From Microgenomates group bacterium (lineage in GTDB: Bacteria > Patescibacteriota > Microgenomatia > UBA10105 > UBA927), in NCBI GenBank assembly GCA_049287205.1, contig JBAQFJ010000001.1, positions 703,041 to 767,040 on the forward strand: 64,000 nt of DNA. Direction: 5' to 3'. The position numbers were made by a program, and so were the translations under genes. The notes under the pieces are model-generated. The model was not told the origin of the DNA. It saw only the letters and a list, made by a program, of their open reading frames with translations, and searched no databases. This document shows positions 37,817 through 49,598 of the stretch, one piece after another; the stretch's first letter is position 1, and each line of letters begins with the position of its first letter.

Positions 37817-40800
37817 TTATATTTTTTTCATTTGTGCCCGTTCCGCATCAACCGGAATAAGACGACCAATTATAACGTTTTCTTTGAGTCCAAGCAACTT
37901 ATCTTCTTTTCCTGCCAACGCTGCATCAGTCAACACATTGGTTGTTTCTTGGAATGATGCTGCAGATAACCAAGATTCTGTATACAGTGATGCCCGTGTG
38001 ATACCTAAAAGAACGATGTTTGCTGTCGCCGGTTCTCCACCTGCCGCAAGTACTCTGGCGTTTTCTGCGGTAAACGTAGCCCTGTCAACTAATTCTCCCG
38101 GCAACATGATGGTGTCCCCTGGTGAATCAATACGTACTTTATCACTCATTTTTCGTACGATGACTTCAAAATGTTTGTCATGAATACCAATTCCTTGAGA
38201 TTCATATACGCGTTGTACTTCTGCGATCAAATATTTTTGCGCTCCACGAAGTCCCCGAATTTCCAAAACTTCTTTTACATCCAAATATCCACCTGAAAGC
38301 TGATCTCCTGCACCCACCAAATCTCCGTCTTTCACTTTGAGTTCGCTCGTTAGTGGAATCATGTATTCCCGTTCTTCCACTGGTTTCAAGGATGCATTTC
38401 TGACAACGATTTTGTATCCTTGATCTGTTTCTGTCACTTCTACTTTTCCTGCAATTTCTGAAATTGGTGACAATACACGTGGTGTTCTGCATTCAAAGAG
38501 CTCCTCAACACGTGGCAATCCTTGGGTAACGTCGAGTCCTACGATACCTCCGGCATGGCGAACACGCATGGTAAGTTGTGTTCCCGGCTCTCCGATGGAT
38601 TGTGCTGCCACAACTCCAGCTGGAGTTCCGATTTCAATTAACTGTGTCGTTGAGAAATCACGTCCGTAGCATTTTGCACACATACCCACCTGTGCTTTAC
38701 AAGTAATTGGTGACCTGACTACGATTGTTTCGACTTTGTGTTCGTCGAGCAATTTTACATTGGATTCATCAATCATTTCATCTTTTGCAATTAATACTTT
38801 CTTTGAACCGGGCGCTGTGATATCAGAAGCCGCGTATCGTCCGATTGCTCTCAGGGTAAATGCGGTTTGTCGGTCTTCCGTCCGAGAAATTTCTAGTCCC
38901 TCATCTGTTCCGCAGTCATCCATCCGAATAATAACGTCGTGTGCCACATCAACCAAACGCCTGGTTAGGTATCCTGCATCAGCGGTTTTGAGAGCTGAAT
39001 CAGTTAATCCTTTTCGTGATCCTCTTGTGGATGTTACGTATTCAAAAATGGATAATCCCTGACGATAATTGCTTTTTGTCGGCATCTCGACGATTTTTCC
39101 CATAGGATCAACGACAAGTCCTTTGATAGCGGCAAGTTGTTTCAATTGGTCTTTAGATGCACGGGCTCCTCCTGAGTCGATAATCATTTTTACCGGATTA
39201 TCTGCTTTCATGTTATCCCATGTCAGATTTGCCAATCGTTCCGTCACTTCAATCCAGATATCATTGGAAAGTCTTCGTTTTTCTTCGATCGTGATAAGTC
39301 CCTGTTGATAATTCTGTTCTACCTGTTTGATTTGTTCTTCTGTCGCATTGATAATTTCTGCTTTATTTGACACCATTTCGTTATCAAATACAGATGCGGA
39401 TAATCCTCCGCAGTATGTTGCACCTTGGAAACCAATGGATTTGATTGCATCAATGAGAACAACAACTTCTTCCTTGGAATATTGTCGCAAAGCCTGTGTG
39501 ATAAGTGTTTTCACTGTTGCTGCTTTCACCGGTGAATTCACAAATCGTAATTTCTCCGGCAATATTTCATTAAATAGCACTTTTCCAACAGTCGTCACTA
39601 ATACTTCGTCTTTAATTTTTACCCGAACCGGTTCCCGAAGCGTCACGTGTTCTGTCTGAAATGCTAAGATAGCTTCCTGTTCATCAGCAAACGTCGGCAT
39701 ATCTTCTTCTTTTTTACCGGCAAATGTTGTGTCAACGGTTGTGTAGTAATAGCATCCGATAACCATTTCTTTGTTTGGCACGGTAATCGGAGATCCGTCA
39801 GCGGGTTTAAGCAAGTTGAATGTTGGAAGCATCAAATGCGCCGCCTCATATTGGCTCTCTTTGGAAAGCGGCAAATGCACAGCCATTTGATCTCCGTCAA
39901 AGTCAGCGTTAAATCCTGCACAAACGCATGGATGCAGTTGGATAGCTGATCCTTCGATCAATACCGGATAAAATGCTTGAATACCTAATTTATGGAGGGT
40001 TGGCGCACGATTTAACAACACCGGATGATTTTTGGTAATTTCTTCCAAAATATCAAACACTTCTGCGGTTCTCTTGTCGAGTACATTCTTTGCATTCTTC
40101 ACATTTGGAGCAATACCACGGGCAATAAGTTCTCGAAGCACGAATGGCTTAAACATTTCAAGTGCCATTTCTTTTGGAATACCGCACTGGGTAAGTTTGA
40201 GTTCCGGTCCAACCACGATGACGGATCGTCCTGAATAATCAACACGTTTTCCAAGAAGGTTCTGCCGGAAACGACCCTGTTTTCCACGAAGCATGTCTGA
40301 CAGTGATCTAAGTGGTTGGATAACAGCACGGGATGATGGCCGCTGTGTTGCATCAATTAAAGAATCGACAGCTTCCTGCAACATCCGTTTTTCATTACGC
40401 AAGATAATTTCAGGTGCTCCCAAATCCATCAAATGTTTCAACCGATTATTTCTGTTAATCACACGTCGGTACAAATCATTCAAATCGGATGTGGCAAATC
40501 GTCCACCCGTAAGCTGCACCATAGGTCTCAAATCTGGTGGAATAACCGGCAAGATGGAAAGAACCATCCATTGCGGTTTGATTCCCGCCTTATGCATGCC
40601 GTCAACAACGCGAAGTCGTTTCGTTGCTTTGATATGGCGTTGTCCTGATGTGTTACGGATTTCTTCATGCAGGTCAGCTGCGAGCTTATCAAGATTAACT
40701 TGTTTGACAACTTCCAAAACCGCTTCCGCTCCCATTCCGACAGTAAAACATTCAACTGCGTCATATTCGAGAAGCTTCAGATATTCATCTTCTGTAATAG

Positions 40801-41542
40801 TTGAGAATGGTTTAATGCTTTTGACGATGGAAACGAGTTGATCGACAACTTCCTGCACTTTTCCGGATTCCTTATTCATTTGCTCTTCCAAAAGTGTCAA
40901 TTCTTGTCGTTCTTTGAGTCCCATTTCGGCAATTGCCAAATCCTGTGTTTCTTTTCCTTTGATTTTTTCCTTGAGTGATCCCTTTTCTTCAGAAAGTTCT
41001 TTTTGTTTCTTTGCTTTTTCTTCCTTGAATCGCTTTTCGATTTCATCCGTCCGGCCTTTTCCAGTTTCAGCAAGTTGTTTTAACACTGCTTTTTTCTTGT
41101 CATCATCAACGCGAATCACTAAGTATTGTGCAAAATAAATAACACTTTCAAGAGCGCGTGGAGACATGTCGAGAAGTAATGACAATTTTGACGGCGCACC
41201 TTTAAAAAACCACACGTGCGCTACCGGCGCAGCTAAGGTAATGTGTCCCATTCGTTCACGACGAACTTTGCTTTGTGTCACTTCAACACCGCATTTATCG
41301 CAGATAATACCGCGATACCGTATTCTCTTGTATTTTCCGCAGTAACATTCCCAATCTTTGGTCGGTCCAAAAATCCGCTCATCAAATAATCCGTCTTTTT
41401 CAGGTTTCAGTGTTCGGTAATTGATGGTTTCCGGCTTTGTCACTTCGCCGTATGACCATGACTTAATATCCTCACTTGATGCAAGACGCACTTCCAGTCC
41501 GGTAAAATCGACGATATTGGAAAATGTTGATTTATTATCCAT
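37817..41542 (-). CDS. rpoC: DNA-directed RNA polymerase subunit beta'
   Basis: 1241 aa; '[12 protein letters not shown]' catalytic loop; zinc-finger Cys at the N-terminus. Confidence 0.95.
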   Translation of the reverse strand: MDNKSTFSNIVDFTGLEVRLASSEDIKSWSYGEVTKPETINYRTLKPEKDGLFDERIFGPTKDWECYCGKYKRIRYRGIICDKCGVEVTQSKVRRERMGHITLAAPVAHVWFFKGAPSKLSLLLDMSPRALESVIYFAQYLVIRVDDDKKKAVLKQLAETGKGRTDEIEKRFKEEKAKKQKELSEEKGSLKEKIKGKETQDLAIAEMGLKERQELTLLEEQMNKESGKVQEVVDQLVSIVKSIKPFSTITEDEYLKLLEYDAVECFTVGMGAEAVLEVVKQVNLDKLAADLHEEIRNTSGQRHIKATKRLRVVDGMHKAGIKPQWMVLSILPVIPPDLRPMVQLTGGRFATSDLNDLYRRVINRNNRLKHLMDLGAPEIILRNEKRMLQEAVDSLIDATQRPSSRAVIQPLRSLSDMLRGKQGRFRQNLLGKRVDYSGRSVIVVGPELKLTQCGIPKEMALEMFKPFVLRELIARGIAPNVKNAKNVLDKRTAEVFDILEEITKNHPVLLNRAPTLHKLGIQAFYPVLIEGSAIQLHPCVCAGFNADFDGDQMAVHLPLSKESQYEAAHLMLPTFNLLKPADGSPITVPNKEMVIGCYYYTTVDTTFAGKKEEDMPTFADEQEAILAFQTEHVTLREPVRVKIKDEVLVTTVGKVLFNEILPEKLRFVNSPVKAATVKTLITQALRQYSKEEVVVLIDAIKSIGFQGATYCGGLSASVFDNEMVSNKAEIINATEEQIKQVEQNYQQGLITIEEKRRLSNDIWIEVTERLANLTWDNMKADNPVKMIIDSGGARASKDQLKQLAAIKGLVVDPMGKIVEMPTKSNYRQGLSIFEYVTSTRGSRKGLTDSALKTADAGYLTRRLVDVAHDVIIRMDDCGTDEGLEISRTEDRQTAFTLRAIGRYAASDITAPGSKKVLIAKDEMIDESNVKLLDEHKVETIVVRSPITCKAQVGMCAKCYGRDFSTTQLIEIGTPAGVVAAQSIGEPGTQLTMRVRHAGGIVGLDVTQGLPRVEELFECRTPRVLSPISEIAGKVEVTETDQGYKIVVRNASLKPVEEREYMIPLTSELKVKDGDLVGAGDQLSGGYLDVKEVLEIRGLRGAQKYLIAEVQRVYESQGIGIHDKHFEVIVRKMSDKVRIDSPGDTIMLPGELVDRATFTAENARVLAAGGEPATANIVLLGITRASLYTESWLSAASFQETTNVLTDAALAGKEDKLLGLKENVIIGRLIPVDAERAQMKKI

Positions 41543-41544
41543 AA

Positions 41545-44500
41545 TTACTCCGTTTTACTTTCTTCTACTGATTCTTCAATTTTTTCTTCTTTTTCTTTTT
41601 CTTCCTCTGCTTCATCGACGAGTTCAGCGCCTGCAACATCTACAAGTTCTTTTGGATCAACGATGATATCAGTTTTTGGCTCTTCAACAGGTGCCGGTTT
41701 TGCCGCCACAGCACCGGTCGGTTTCACAGAAAGTCCAAGCGCCTGCAGTTCTTTCACCAATACTTTGAATGATTCAGGAACATTGGATGCCGGAATATCA
41801 ATGCCTTTGACAATGGATTCGAATGCTTTCGCTCGACCAACGACATCATCTGATTTAATCGTTAACATTTCCTGCAATACGTGGGCTGCTCTATGTGATT
41901 CCAAAGCCCAGACTTCCATTTCTCCAAGACGTTGTCCTCCCATTTGTGCTTTTCCTCCAAGTGGCTGTTGTGTCACGAGTGAGTATGGTCCGGTTGAACG
42001 GGCATGTGTTTTATCTTCAACCATGTGAATCAGTTTCATCATGAATCCGATTCCGACAACGATTTCTTCTGAGAATGCGCGTCCTGTTCTTCCGTCAAAC
42101 AATTTGGTTTTTCCTGACAATGGAAGACCTGCTTCTTTAATTTTGTCGGTAAGCCGTTGTTCTTTGACTTGTTCAAACACAGGCACTGCAATTTTTACGT
42201 TCAATTTCTTTGCGGCAAGTCCAAGATGAGTTTCCAACAGTTGTCCTAAATTCATACGGGACAATACGGAAAGTGGAGAGATTAACAAATCAACCACTGT
42301 TCCATCTGCCATATATGGCATGTCTGCTGCAGGAAGGATCTTTGAAATAACACCCTTGTTTCCGTGTCGTCCTGCAAGTTTGTCTCCAACGACAACTTTA
42401 CGCATTTGTGCGACTTTTACAATAATTTTTCTGTTTGTGCCCGGTTCAAGTTCATCACCCTGTTCTTTATCAAGTACCCGTACGTCAATAACAGTTCCCC
42501 GTTCGCCGTGTGGAACCCGAAGTGATGTATCACGGACTTCCCGTGCTTTTTCTCCGAAGATTGCCCGAAGCAGCCGCTCTTCTGCAGTAAGTTCTGTTTC
42601 GCCTTTTGGTGCGATTTTTCCAACCAAAATATCATTTGGAGAAACTTCTGCGCCGACAACGACAATTCCGTCCTTATCAAGATTTCGGAGGGCTTCTTCT
42701 CCGACATTTGGAATATCTCGTGTGGTTTCTTCCGGTCCGAGTTTTGTATCAACAACAGATGCTTCATATTCTTCGATGTTGATTGAAGTTAAGACATCAT
42801 CTTTCACCAGTCTGTCTGAAATAACGATAGCGTCTTCGTACCCAAGTCCGTCAAAAGACATGTATGCGACAACGACATTTGATCCAAGTGCCAATTCTCC
42901 ATCTTCTGTTGCCGGTCCCTCAATCAAGACATCACCTTTTTTCAGTTTTTGCCCTGTTGCAACAACGACGTGCTGGTTATAGCAGGTAGATTGTGCTGAC
43001 CTTTTAAATTTCTCAAGTCCATACGTATCTTCATCGCCGTTTTTGTATTTCACTTTCACTACCGTTGCGTCTGCATAAGACACGACACCTTCATCTTTTG
43101 CTTCAATCATTCGTCCCATAGAAGCGGCAATTGTATGTTCCATACCGGTTCCTATAATTGGTGATTGTGGCTGCAGAAGTGGCACTGCTTGGCACTGCAT
43201 GTGCGTTCCCATAAGTGCACGGTTTGCTTCATCATGTGCCAAAAATGGAATCATAGAAGCAGGGGCGCCCACAACTTGTCTTGCAACGATGTCTAAATAC
43301 TCAATAACATCACTGCTTGATTCCAAGAATTCACCCTTATACCGGACAGGAACACGATCCGGAACGATATTTCCCTGATCGTCAATTTCAATGTCGGCAT
43401 GTGTGATGTAATGATATTGTTCATCATTTGCATCCAAATATTCCATTTCATCCGTCACATGCATTTTTGATTTTCCTGCGACAGTGATTTTTTCAACTTT
43501 TCTGTATGGAGTTTCCAAAAATCCGTATTCATTGACCCGCGCATACATTGCCATGTAGGTTACGAGTCCGATATTTGGTCCTTCTGGACTCCTGACCGGA
43601 CAAATACGACCATATTGTGATGCGTTAATGTCACGGATAGAGAAGGATGCGCGTTCTCTGGAAATTCCACCGATACCCATAACGGTAAACCGACGAAGGT
43701 TATCAACTTCTGCAAGAGGATTTGTCTGATCAAGAATGGTTGACAACTGGCTGGTGCGGAAGAAATCGTTCACCGCTGCGATGATTGGTCTTGCATTTAC
43801 AAGTTGGGTTGGAAGCAAATCCACCGCCTGCGGTCCTGCCAAGCTCATCTTTTCCCGGATTGACCGTTCCAAACGAAGCATTCCGACACGGAATGCGTTT
43901 GTTGCAACCAGCTCGCCGACTCTTCGGACACGACGGTTTCCAAGATGGTCAATATCATCCACATCACCTTTGCCGTTTGCGACATTGATAAGATAATTAA
44001 TTCCGCCAAGAATATCTTCCCGTGTTAATATCCAATTTTCTTTTGTATTTGGAACATCGATCTGCAATTTTTTATTCATCTTATACCGACCGACGCGTTC
44101 CAGAGAATATCTTCGTTGATCAAAAAACATAGATTGGAACAGTTCTTTCGCGTTATCAAGAACGATTGGTTCTCCTGGACGAAGCTTTCGGTACATTTCA
44201 AGGATTGCTTCGTTTTGATTTGTTGTCGGATCTTTTGCAAGTGTGGCTTCAATATACCGATGATCAGGATTCACATCTACGGCTGCGAACGCCTGTTTAA
44301 TCTCTTCATTTGTGGAAAGTCCAAGTGCCCGAAAGAAGGTGCTGGCGACAAATTTTCGTCTTCGATCAATACGAACCATCAAAACATCATTTCGGGTAAT
44401 AAACATTTCAAGCCAAGAACCGTGCATTGGCCGAATTTCAGCACTATATAATGTACGTCCTGTGGTTGGATCGACTTCTCCTGTGAAATAAATTCCAGGA

Positions 44501-44910
44501 GATCTGACAAGCTGATTGACGACACATCGTTCGGTTCCATTAATAATGAAGGTTCCGTTTTGTGTCATGGCAGGAATATCACCCAAAAACACTTCCTGTG
44601 TCACATGATGCCCTGTCTGTTTGTTTGTGAGAGAAGCGATGACCTTGAGCTGCATGTCATAGGTTAATCCTTTTTCGATTGCTGTAGCTGGAGTTAGTCG
44701 TGGTTTTCCAAAAAAGTAATCACCAAATGAAAGTTCCCAATTTTTTCCGGTAAAATCATGCACAGGAGAAATTTCTGCAAGAAGAGATTTAACGCCTTCT
44801 TCTAAAAACCATTGATAGGATTCACGTTGCACGAGCGTAAGATCTAATTCAGGAAGGTCTGTATATTCCTTGCCCCAATATAATCGATGACTGTGTGTAT
44901 CAATAGACAT
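41545..44910 (-). CDS. rpoB: DNA-directed RNA polymerase subunit beta
   Basis: About 1121 aa. The ORF track starts at a TTG (44937); the ATG at 44910 ('[14 protein letters not shown]') matches the RpoB N-terminus better. Confidence 0.9.
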   Translation of the reverse strand: MSIDTHSHRLYWGKEYTDLPELDLTLVQRESYQWFLEEGVKSLLAEISPVHDFTGKNWELSFGDYFFGKPRLTPATAIEKGLTYDMQLKVIASLTNKQTGHHVTQEVFLGDIPAMTQNGTFIINGTERCVVNQLVRSPGIYFTGEVDPTTGRTLYSAEIRPMHGSWLEMFITRNDVLMVRIDRRRKFVASTFFRALGLSTNEEIKQAFAAVDVNPDHRYIEATLAKDPTTNQNEAILEMYRKLRPGEPIVLDNAKELFQSMFFDQRRYSLERVGRYKMNKKLQIDVPNTKENWILTREDILGGINYLINVANGKGDVDDIDHLGNRRVRRVGELVATNAFRVGMLRLERSIREKMSLAGPQAVDLLPTQLVNARPIIAAVNDFFRTSQLSTILDQTNPLAEVDNLRRFTVMGIGGISRERASFSIRDINASQYGRICPVRSPEGPNIGLVTYMAMYARVNEYGFLETPYRKVEKITVAGKSKMHVTDEMEYLDANDEQYHYITHADIEIDDQGNIVPDRVPVRYKGEFLESSSDVIEYLDIVARQVVGAPASMIPFLAHDEANRALMGTHMQCQAVPLLQPQSPIIGTGMEHTIAASMGRMIEAKDEGVVSYADATVVKVKYKNGDEDTYGLEKFKRSAQSTCYNQHVVVATGQKLKKGDVLIEGPATEDGELALGSNVVVAYMSFDGLGYEDAIVISDRLVKDDVLTSINIEEYEASVVDTKLGPEETTRDIPNVGEEALRNLDKDGIVVVGAEVSPNDILVGKIAPKGETELTAEERLLRAIFGEKAREVRDTSLRVPHGERGTVIDVRVLDKEQGDELEPGTNRKIIVKVAQMRKVVVGDKLAGRHGNKGVISKILPAADMPYMADGTVVDLLISPLSVLSRMNLGQLLETHLGLAAKKLNVKIAVPVFEQVKEQRLTDKIKEAGLPLSGKTKLFDGRTGRAFSEEIVVGIGFMMKLIHMVEDKTHARSTGPYSLVTQQPLGGKAQMGGQRLGEMEVWALESHRAAHVLQEMLTIKSDDVVGRAKAFESIVKGIDIPASNVPESFKVLVKELQALGLSVKPTGAVAAKPAPVEEPKTDIIVDPKELVDVAGAELVDEAEEEKEKEEKIEESVEESKTE

Positions 44911-45040
44911 TGTGAATAAATTCTGCAAAAAACGCAAAAGAAAGAAGCGAACAATGAGCGTTCGCCTCTTTAAGGCTATTCAATTAGTGTCAATTATACC
45001 TGATTTTCTTTTTCTGTCAACTAGGAGAATGGTGTATAGT

Positions 45041-45388
45041 ATGTATATAATGATAATGTATCTGAAAACACACGAAAAAACGATTGCTAATTTGCTTCAG
45101 GAAACAGAATCCAAAACTGACTGGAAAACCATTTCCAAGATTCACGAACGGAAACTGCAGTATTTTCAACAGGAACGTCTGATTCATCTTTTCGTGATGC
45201 TTACAACTAGCCTTGCGGCACTTCTCTCTTTTTTCTTTACGATTATGCTTGATATCCCCGCCTTTTTTATCCTCACATCGGTTCTTGTGATCTTATCCAT
45301 CGCGTATGTCATCCATTATTTTCGACTGGAAAACGGGGTGCAACGGTTATACCGTCTCGGCGACAAAATTGAAGAAAAACAACAATAG
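45041..45388 (+). CDS. Hypothetical small two-TM membrane protein
   Basis: Trimmed from the 158-aa ORF to the ATG at 45041 behind an 'aggag' SD; Lys-rich N-terminus, two hydrophobic helices. Confidence 0.4.
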   Translation: MYIMIMYLKTHEKTIANLLQETESKTDWKTISKIHERKLQYFQQERLIHLFVMLTTSLAALLSFFFTIMLDIPAFFILTSVLVILSIAYVIHYFRLENGVQRLYRLGDKIEEKQQ

Positions 45389-45390
45389 AC

Positions 45391-46356
45391 TTATTTGAGA
45401 TATACTTCAATATTTTCTTTATGTTCTTCGTACGTTACCGCACAGTGAATCTGTCCGTTGGGGTCGTGCAGATAAAAAAGACAATCCGTTTCTTCCGGAG
45501 TAAGCACCGCTTTGATTGATGCAATACTCGGACTGCAAATTGGCGTCGGCGGCAATCCTTTGACCATATATGAATTGTACGGCGAATCACTTTTTTTCTC
45601 TGACAGATTAATTGATCCCCACCAACTCCCGTCCTCATTTTTTCCATGCGTATATTGGAGTGTCGCATCAATTTGCAACAACATTTTTTTATCCAGCCTG
45701 TTCCAGATGATACCGGAGATGAGTGGCATATCAGAAATTCCCCCTGCTTCCCGTTCAATAAGCGATGCAATTTTGAGCGCAGTCACCCACCGAATATTTG
45801 CATCCTGAAACTGCTCGGCATAGGGCGCAAACATCTCATTAAAATGACTGATAAAACGAAGAGCCACCTGTGCACCCGACTCTTTGACGGGTATCAGATA
45901 GGTATCCGGATAATACACACCTTCCACATATTCCGGTTGCAGATTTTTATACGCGTTATTCCAATCATCAAGTTTCTCCTGATTCCATCCTAATTTTTTT
46001 CCGATCATTTCTCCTATTTGTTCCCTCCTGAGACAACCGTTTATTGTCACCCATTGCAAATCCGGTATACCTGTTGCCTTATCGGCCGTCTGCCACATCC
46101 ACATGGAGCTTGTAAAATAATAGCCGCCCGACTCTATCGTTTTACCTGCAACAAATAACCGGAATAACCAGGGATGTTTTATGAGGTGCTCATCTTCAAG
46201 CGCACGCGTTATATCAAAATTTTCTGCGTTCTGAGGAACCGTGATGAGGATACTGTCACGGCTTTTTCCAACGGGTCCAAATAAAAAATACATTGAGACG
46301 CAGATTATTCCAATCGAAAAAATAATCAACAATAGTGTCGAGATGAATTTCTTCAT
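45391..46356 (-). CDS. mltG: Endolytic murein transglycosylase MltG (YceG-like), paralog 1
   Basis: N-terminal TM; 'GIIWNRL', 'LQIDATLQY', 'SPYNSYMVKGLPPTPICSP'. Confidence 0.8.
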   Translation of the reverse strand: MKKFISTLLLIIFSIGIICVSMYFLFGPVGKSRDSILITVPQNAENFDITRALEDEHLIKHPWLFRLFVAGKTIESGGYYFTSSMWMWQTADKATGIPDLQWVTINGCLRREQIGEMIGKKLGWNQEKLDDWNNAYKNLQPEYVEGVYYPDTYLIPVKESGAQVALRFISHFNEMFAPYAEQFQDANIRWVTALKIASLIEREAGGISDMPLISGIIWNRLDKKMLLQIDATLQYTHGKNEDGSWWGSINLSEKKSDSPYNSYMVKGLPPTPICSPSIASIKAVLTPEETDCLFYLHDPNGQIHCAVTYEEHKENIEVYLK

Positions 46357-46359
46357 ATG

Positions 46360-46947
46360 TTATTTATAACATGCATTCCATAATCCTGTTGCATTTGTTT
46401 TTGCTAACTCTTGAGCACTACGAAATTCCTTTTGATACTGATAGGGAACTTTATATGTGTATTCCCTTGCATATCCTTTTTCAATGAGTTCAAAGTTTAG
46501 ATTTGTGCCGTCATCAAGCAAAATATATCGCAGTAATCGTTCATATTTATCTTTATTTTCCTGCGTTTCATCGGCAACGAGCGATATGCTTTCCCCCTCG
46601 ATTCTGTTTTTTACATATTGGAAGGATTCTTCAGAAAAACATTCTGATTTTTTTCCCTGATATGTTTCCGGCGCATTGACGCCGATAAATCGGATAACTG
46701 TTTTTTCTCCGTTTACAAGCACCTGAATTGTGTCGCCATCAATGACATGAGATACGTAAAATAATTGACCCGATGCAGTGGCAGACAATTGTTTTTCCTC
46801 TTGCTTAACCGTCAAAGCAGGCTGCAAAAAAGACACTGTTTGTACGGTAAGCGGATGTTGAGAAAAATATACAAAAAAACTTATACAGGCTATGGCAATG
46901 AGCACGAAGATAATAAAACCCGGATTTCCATGTATTTCTTTTTTCAC
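46360..46947 (-). CDS. Membrane-anchored thermonuclease (SNase-like)
   Basis: N-terminal TM; 'VIDGDTIQVLVNGEKTVIRFIGVNAPE'. Confidence 0.8.
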   Translation of the reverse strand: MKKEIHGNPGFIIFVLIAIACISFFVYFSQHPLTVQTVSFLQPALTVKQEEKQLSATASGQLFYVSHVIDGDTIQVLVNGEKTVIRFIGVNAPETYQGKKSECFSEESFQYVKNRIEGESISLVADETQENKDKYERLLRYILLDDGTNLNFELIEKGYAREYTYKVPYQYQKEFRSAQELAKTNATGLWNACYK

Positions 46948-46966
46948 GATATTAGTATAGCAAGAA

Positions 46967-47242
46967 TTATTTTTTATTTACTAATATCTCGCCTTCAACA
47001 AGAGATGCTGAAGCCGGAATATAGGAAAACGTTGTTTCGCAATGCTCACAAGTCAGCAAAATGAAGGAATAGGGTGACAATGCAAGTATATCCATTTCCC
47101 ACTGAGGAATATCGGTATGTATTGGTTTTGTACAAGTAGTGCACGGAACAGATACAATAGTTTCATTACGTCGTGGCGGGACAAGTTCAGGAATGGTCAT
47201 CTTGTTTTTCGAAATCAACCTGAGCGGGATATTTGATTTCAT
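46967..47242 (-). CDS. Hypothetical small zinc-ribbon protein
   Basis: 'CTTC...CEHC'; overlaps the MazG-like 3' end by 14-56 nt depending on start. Confidence 0.3.
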   Translation of the reverse strand: MKSNIPLRLISKNKMTIPELVPPRRNETIVSVPCTTCTKPIHTDIPQWEMDILALSPYSFILLTCEHCETTFSYIPASASLVEGEILVNKK

Positions 47243-47528
47243 TTTTCTTCATTTTCCGTTCAAATGCGTCAACAATATCTATATGCATTGTATTTGCCAT
47301 CAAGAGTACTCCATGAAGGACATCCATTAATTCATCTTCTATGTCCTCTCTGTGCGCTGCAACATATTCCTCCAGCTCTTCTCCGTTTCTCCATTGAAAA
47401 TGTTCAAGCAGTTCAGCTGCCTCTTCGATAATATCGATAGCAACATCTTTTGGTTGATGATATTTATCAAATTTCCGTTCCGCACCGAATATTTTGACCC
47501 GTTCTTGAAGAGATTTCAGATCGCTCAT
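47187..47528 (-). CDS. MazG-like nucleotide pyrophosphohydrolase
   Basis: 113 aa all-alpha, 'IIEEAAELLEHF' and 'EDELMDVL' EExxE/D-type metal-binding helices. Confidence 0.65.
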   Translation of the reverse strand: MSDLKSLQERVKIFGAERKFDKYHQPKDVAIDIIEEAAELLEHFQWRNGEELEEYVAAHREDIEDELMDVLHGVLLMANTMHIDIVDAFERKMKKNEIKYPAQVDFEKQDDHS

Positions 47529-47569
47529 ATAGGGTTGAGTATATCAAATATCCTATAAAACTACAAAGC

Positions 47570-48577
47570 CTATACATTCCCGGCTAATTGACCGCAAGCA
47601 GCCGCAATATCGTCACCCATAGTCACGCGAATAGTATGCTGAATATGCTGTTTCTCCAAAACTTGAGCAAATGCGTAAATAGCGGCAGGCGATGAACGTC
47701 TATAAGGGGCATCTGCAACAGGATTATAAGGAATAAGATTAATATGACTTAATTTTGGATCCATAATCGATGCAAGCTGTGTTGCACATGCAATTGTGTC
47801 ATTGACACCATCAATCAGGATGTATTCATAGCTTACCCGTTTATTGGTATCTGTGGCGAATGTTGCACATACGTCTAACACCTGCTGTAACGGGTATTTT
47901 TTTGCAATCGGCATAATCTGTTCACGAATTTTTTGATTTGGTGCGTGCAGACTTAATGCAAGTCTACCTTTATACCCTTGTCGCAATAATTCCTGCAGTT
48001 TATCCGTTATTCCGGATGTGGATATAGTTATTCTGCGTTCACTCATACCCATTTTTTCTGGATCTGTAAAAATAGAAATAGCCTCTTCTACCGCAGACAA
48101 ATTTAACAACGGCTCTCCCATACCCATAAATACAATATTTGTCACTGTTTGGTTTTTTTGCTTCAATAGTCGCGCAAAATACAACACCTGATCAACAATT
48201 TCGTTTGTCGTTACATTTCCTAAGTAGCCCATTTTTCCTGTCGCGCAAAATGTACATCCAACCGGACAACCGATCATAGAGCTGACACATACAGTATTTC
48301 TGCCATCTGTGTGTTTCATGAGCACTGTTTCAAAACATTTTTTATCTGCGCGGGAAAATACTACTTTTTCTGTATCTTTTGATGCAGACTGCAACTGTTT
48401 CACAGGAACAATAGAAGAAAATGGAATCTCTTCACATACTGCTTTTCGCTCTTCTTTTGACCATGTTGACAACGCATCAAATGATGAAATGAATTCTTTA
48501 TAATATGCCTGATAAAACTGTGTAATGCGATAGGAAGGAATTGTGTGACGGGTTAAAAATGCGGTTAACATACACAA
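47570..48577 (-). CDS. rlmN: 23S rRNA/tRNA adenine-C2 methyltransferase RlmN (radical SAM)
   Basis: 'GCPVGCTFCATG', 'GMGEPLLN', C-terminal Cys 'AAACGQL'. Confidence 0.85.
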   Translation of the reverse strand: MCMLTAFLTRHTIPSYRITQFYQAYYKEFISSFDALSTWSKEERKAVCEEIPFSSIVPVKQLQSASKDTEKVVFSRADKKCFETVLMKHTDGRNTVCVSSMIGCPVGCTFCATGKMGYLGNVTTNEIVDQVLYFARLLKQKNQTVTNIVFMGMGEPLLNLSAVEEAISIFTDPEKMGMSERRITISTSGITDKLQELLRQGYKGRLALSLHAPNQKIREQIMPIAKKYPLQQVLDVCATFATDTNKRVSYEYILIDGVNDTIACATQLASIMDPKLSHINLIPYNPVADAPYRRSSPAAIYAFAQVLEKQHIQHTIRVTMGDDIAAACGQLAGNV

Positions 48578-48608
48578 ATCATATCACGAATATATTGTCT
48601 CTATACAA

Positions 48609-48637
48609 GAAAAGCAGCCCATTATGGGCTGCTTTTC
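48609..48637 (-). terminator. Perfect 12-bp hairpin terminator (bidirectional in form)
   Basis: 'aaaagcagccca-tta-tgggctgctttt', U-rich on both sides; lies after the 48663 gene and before the rlmN start. Confidence 0.6.
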
Positions 48638-48662
48638 TAATTTTACTATTGTTTTTACAATA

Positions 48663-48860
48663 TTATTTTGTAGGTTCTACAACTGGCGGTGTGATCACCG
48701 GACAAGCATAAGAAGGTTTTGGCAGATACGGTTTCCCGTGCATAACCCACTCACCTTTATCACAAATCCATGAATCTTCTCCGCTGACCGATTTAATTGC
48801 AACAACAAATAAACCGATTGCAAGAAATGCTCCAAGAATTAATAACACTGCGCGTTGCAT
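48663..48860 (-). CDS. Hypothetical small membrane protein
   Basis: 65 aa; N-terminal TM; Cys/Pro-rich tail. Confidence 0.4.
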   Translation of the reverse strand: MQRAVLLILGAFLAIGLFVVAIKSVSGEDSWICDKGEWVMHGKPYLPKPSYACPVITPPVVEPTK

Positions 48861-48878
48861 ATGATCCTACGTATTTAC

Positions 48879-49268
48879 TTACCAATCACGTCCACCACGG
48901 TCATCGCGTCCACCGCGATCTCCGCCTCGGCCGCCATGTCCGCCACCGAATCCACCTGGGCGTCCACCACCGAATCCACCTGGGCGTCCACCACCGAATC
49001 CACCACCTGGACGTTGTTCTCGAGGAACCATTGGTCGTGCTTCGTTAACGATAAGGGCACGGCCTTCAAAATCTTTTCCATTGAACATTTCAATCGCTTT
49101 TTTTGCTTCTTCATCAGAACTCATTTCGACAAATCCAAATCCCTTGGATCGTCCTGAAAATTTGTCCATGATCACTGTTGCGGAAACGACTGTTCCTGCC
49201 TGTGCGAAAAGGTCTTTCAATGCCTGATCATTTGTACTATAAGGTAAACTTCCGATAAACAATTTCAT
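48879..49268 (-). CDS. RRM-domain RNA-binding protein with Gly/Arg-rich (RGG) tail
   Basis: RNP-2 'KLFIGSL', RNP-1 'KGFGFVEM'; tail encoded by 24-nt tandem repeats. Confidence 0.8.
   Translation of the reverse strand: MKLFIGSLPYSTNDQALKDLFAQAGTVVSATVIMDKFSGRSKGFGFVEMSSDEEAKKAIEMFNGKDFEGRALIVNEARPMVPREQRPGGGFGGGRPGGFGGGRPGGFGGGHGGRGGDRGGRDDRGGRDW
48943..49010. repeat. Tandem 24-nt coding repeat (about 2.8 copies) encoding the (GGGFGGGRP)n tail of the RRM protein
   Basis: 'ccaccgaatccacctgggcgtcca' at 48943-48966 and 48967-48990, degenerate third copy. Confidence 0.7.
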
Positions 49269-49300
49269 ACTAATGTATTCTTTCTATAAAATTTTATTAA

Positions 49301-49549
49301 TTACTTACACGAACAATCTTTGCACTCGCAGTCGCCTGTTTCATCGCTGCACCCCCCGCACACCTCCTTCCGCGATTCATCATCGCTATAGATATATACT
49401 TTATCTTTTTCTTCTGTTTGTGTTTTTAAATGAGACCCATCGCAAAAAGGTTGATTCTTTGAAAGTCCACACATGCAAATGGCAACAGGTTTATCTGAAG
49501 ACTTGACTGTATAGGGCCCTTGGGCTGTTTTAAGAACAATACGTGACAT
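49301..49549 (-). CDS. CDGSH-type iron-sulfur domain protein with extra C-terminal Cys cluster
   Basis: '[16 protein letters not shown]'; C-terminal '[19 protein letters not shown]'. Confidence 0.7.
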   Translation of the reverse strand: MSRIVLKTAQGPYTVKSSDKPVAICMCGLSKNQPFCDGSHLKTQTEEKDKVYIYSDDESRKEVCGGCSDETGDCECKDCSCK

Positions 49550-49598
49550 ACTTATCCAAACAATTGTCTATTATACGATATTTCCTGTTCAAACGCGA

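Noticed and set aside
44912-45040. N-terminal 43 codons of the 158-aa plus ORF (would overlap the rpoB start)
   Set aside because: The ATG at 45041 has an AGGAG Shine-Dalgarno. The longer form starts without an RBS and overlaps rpoB and its leader, so the gene was trimmed.
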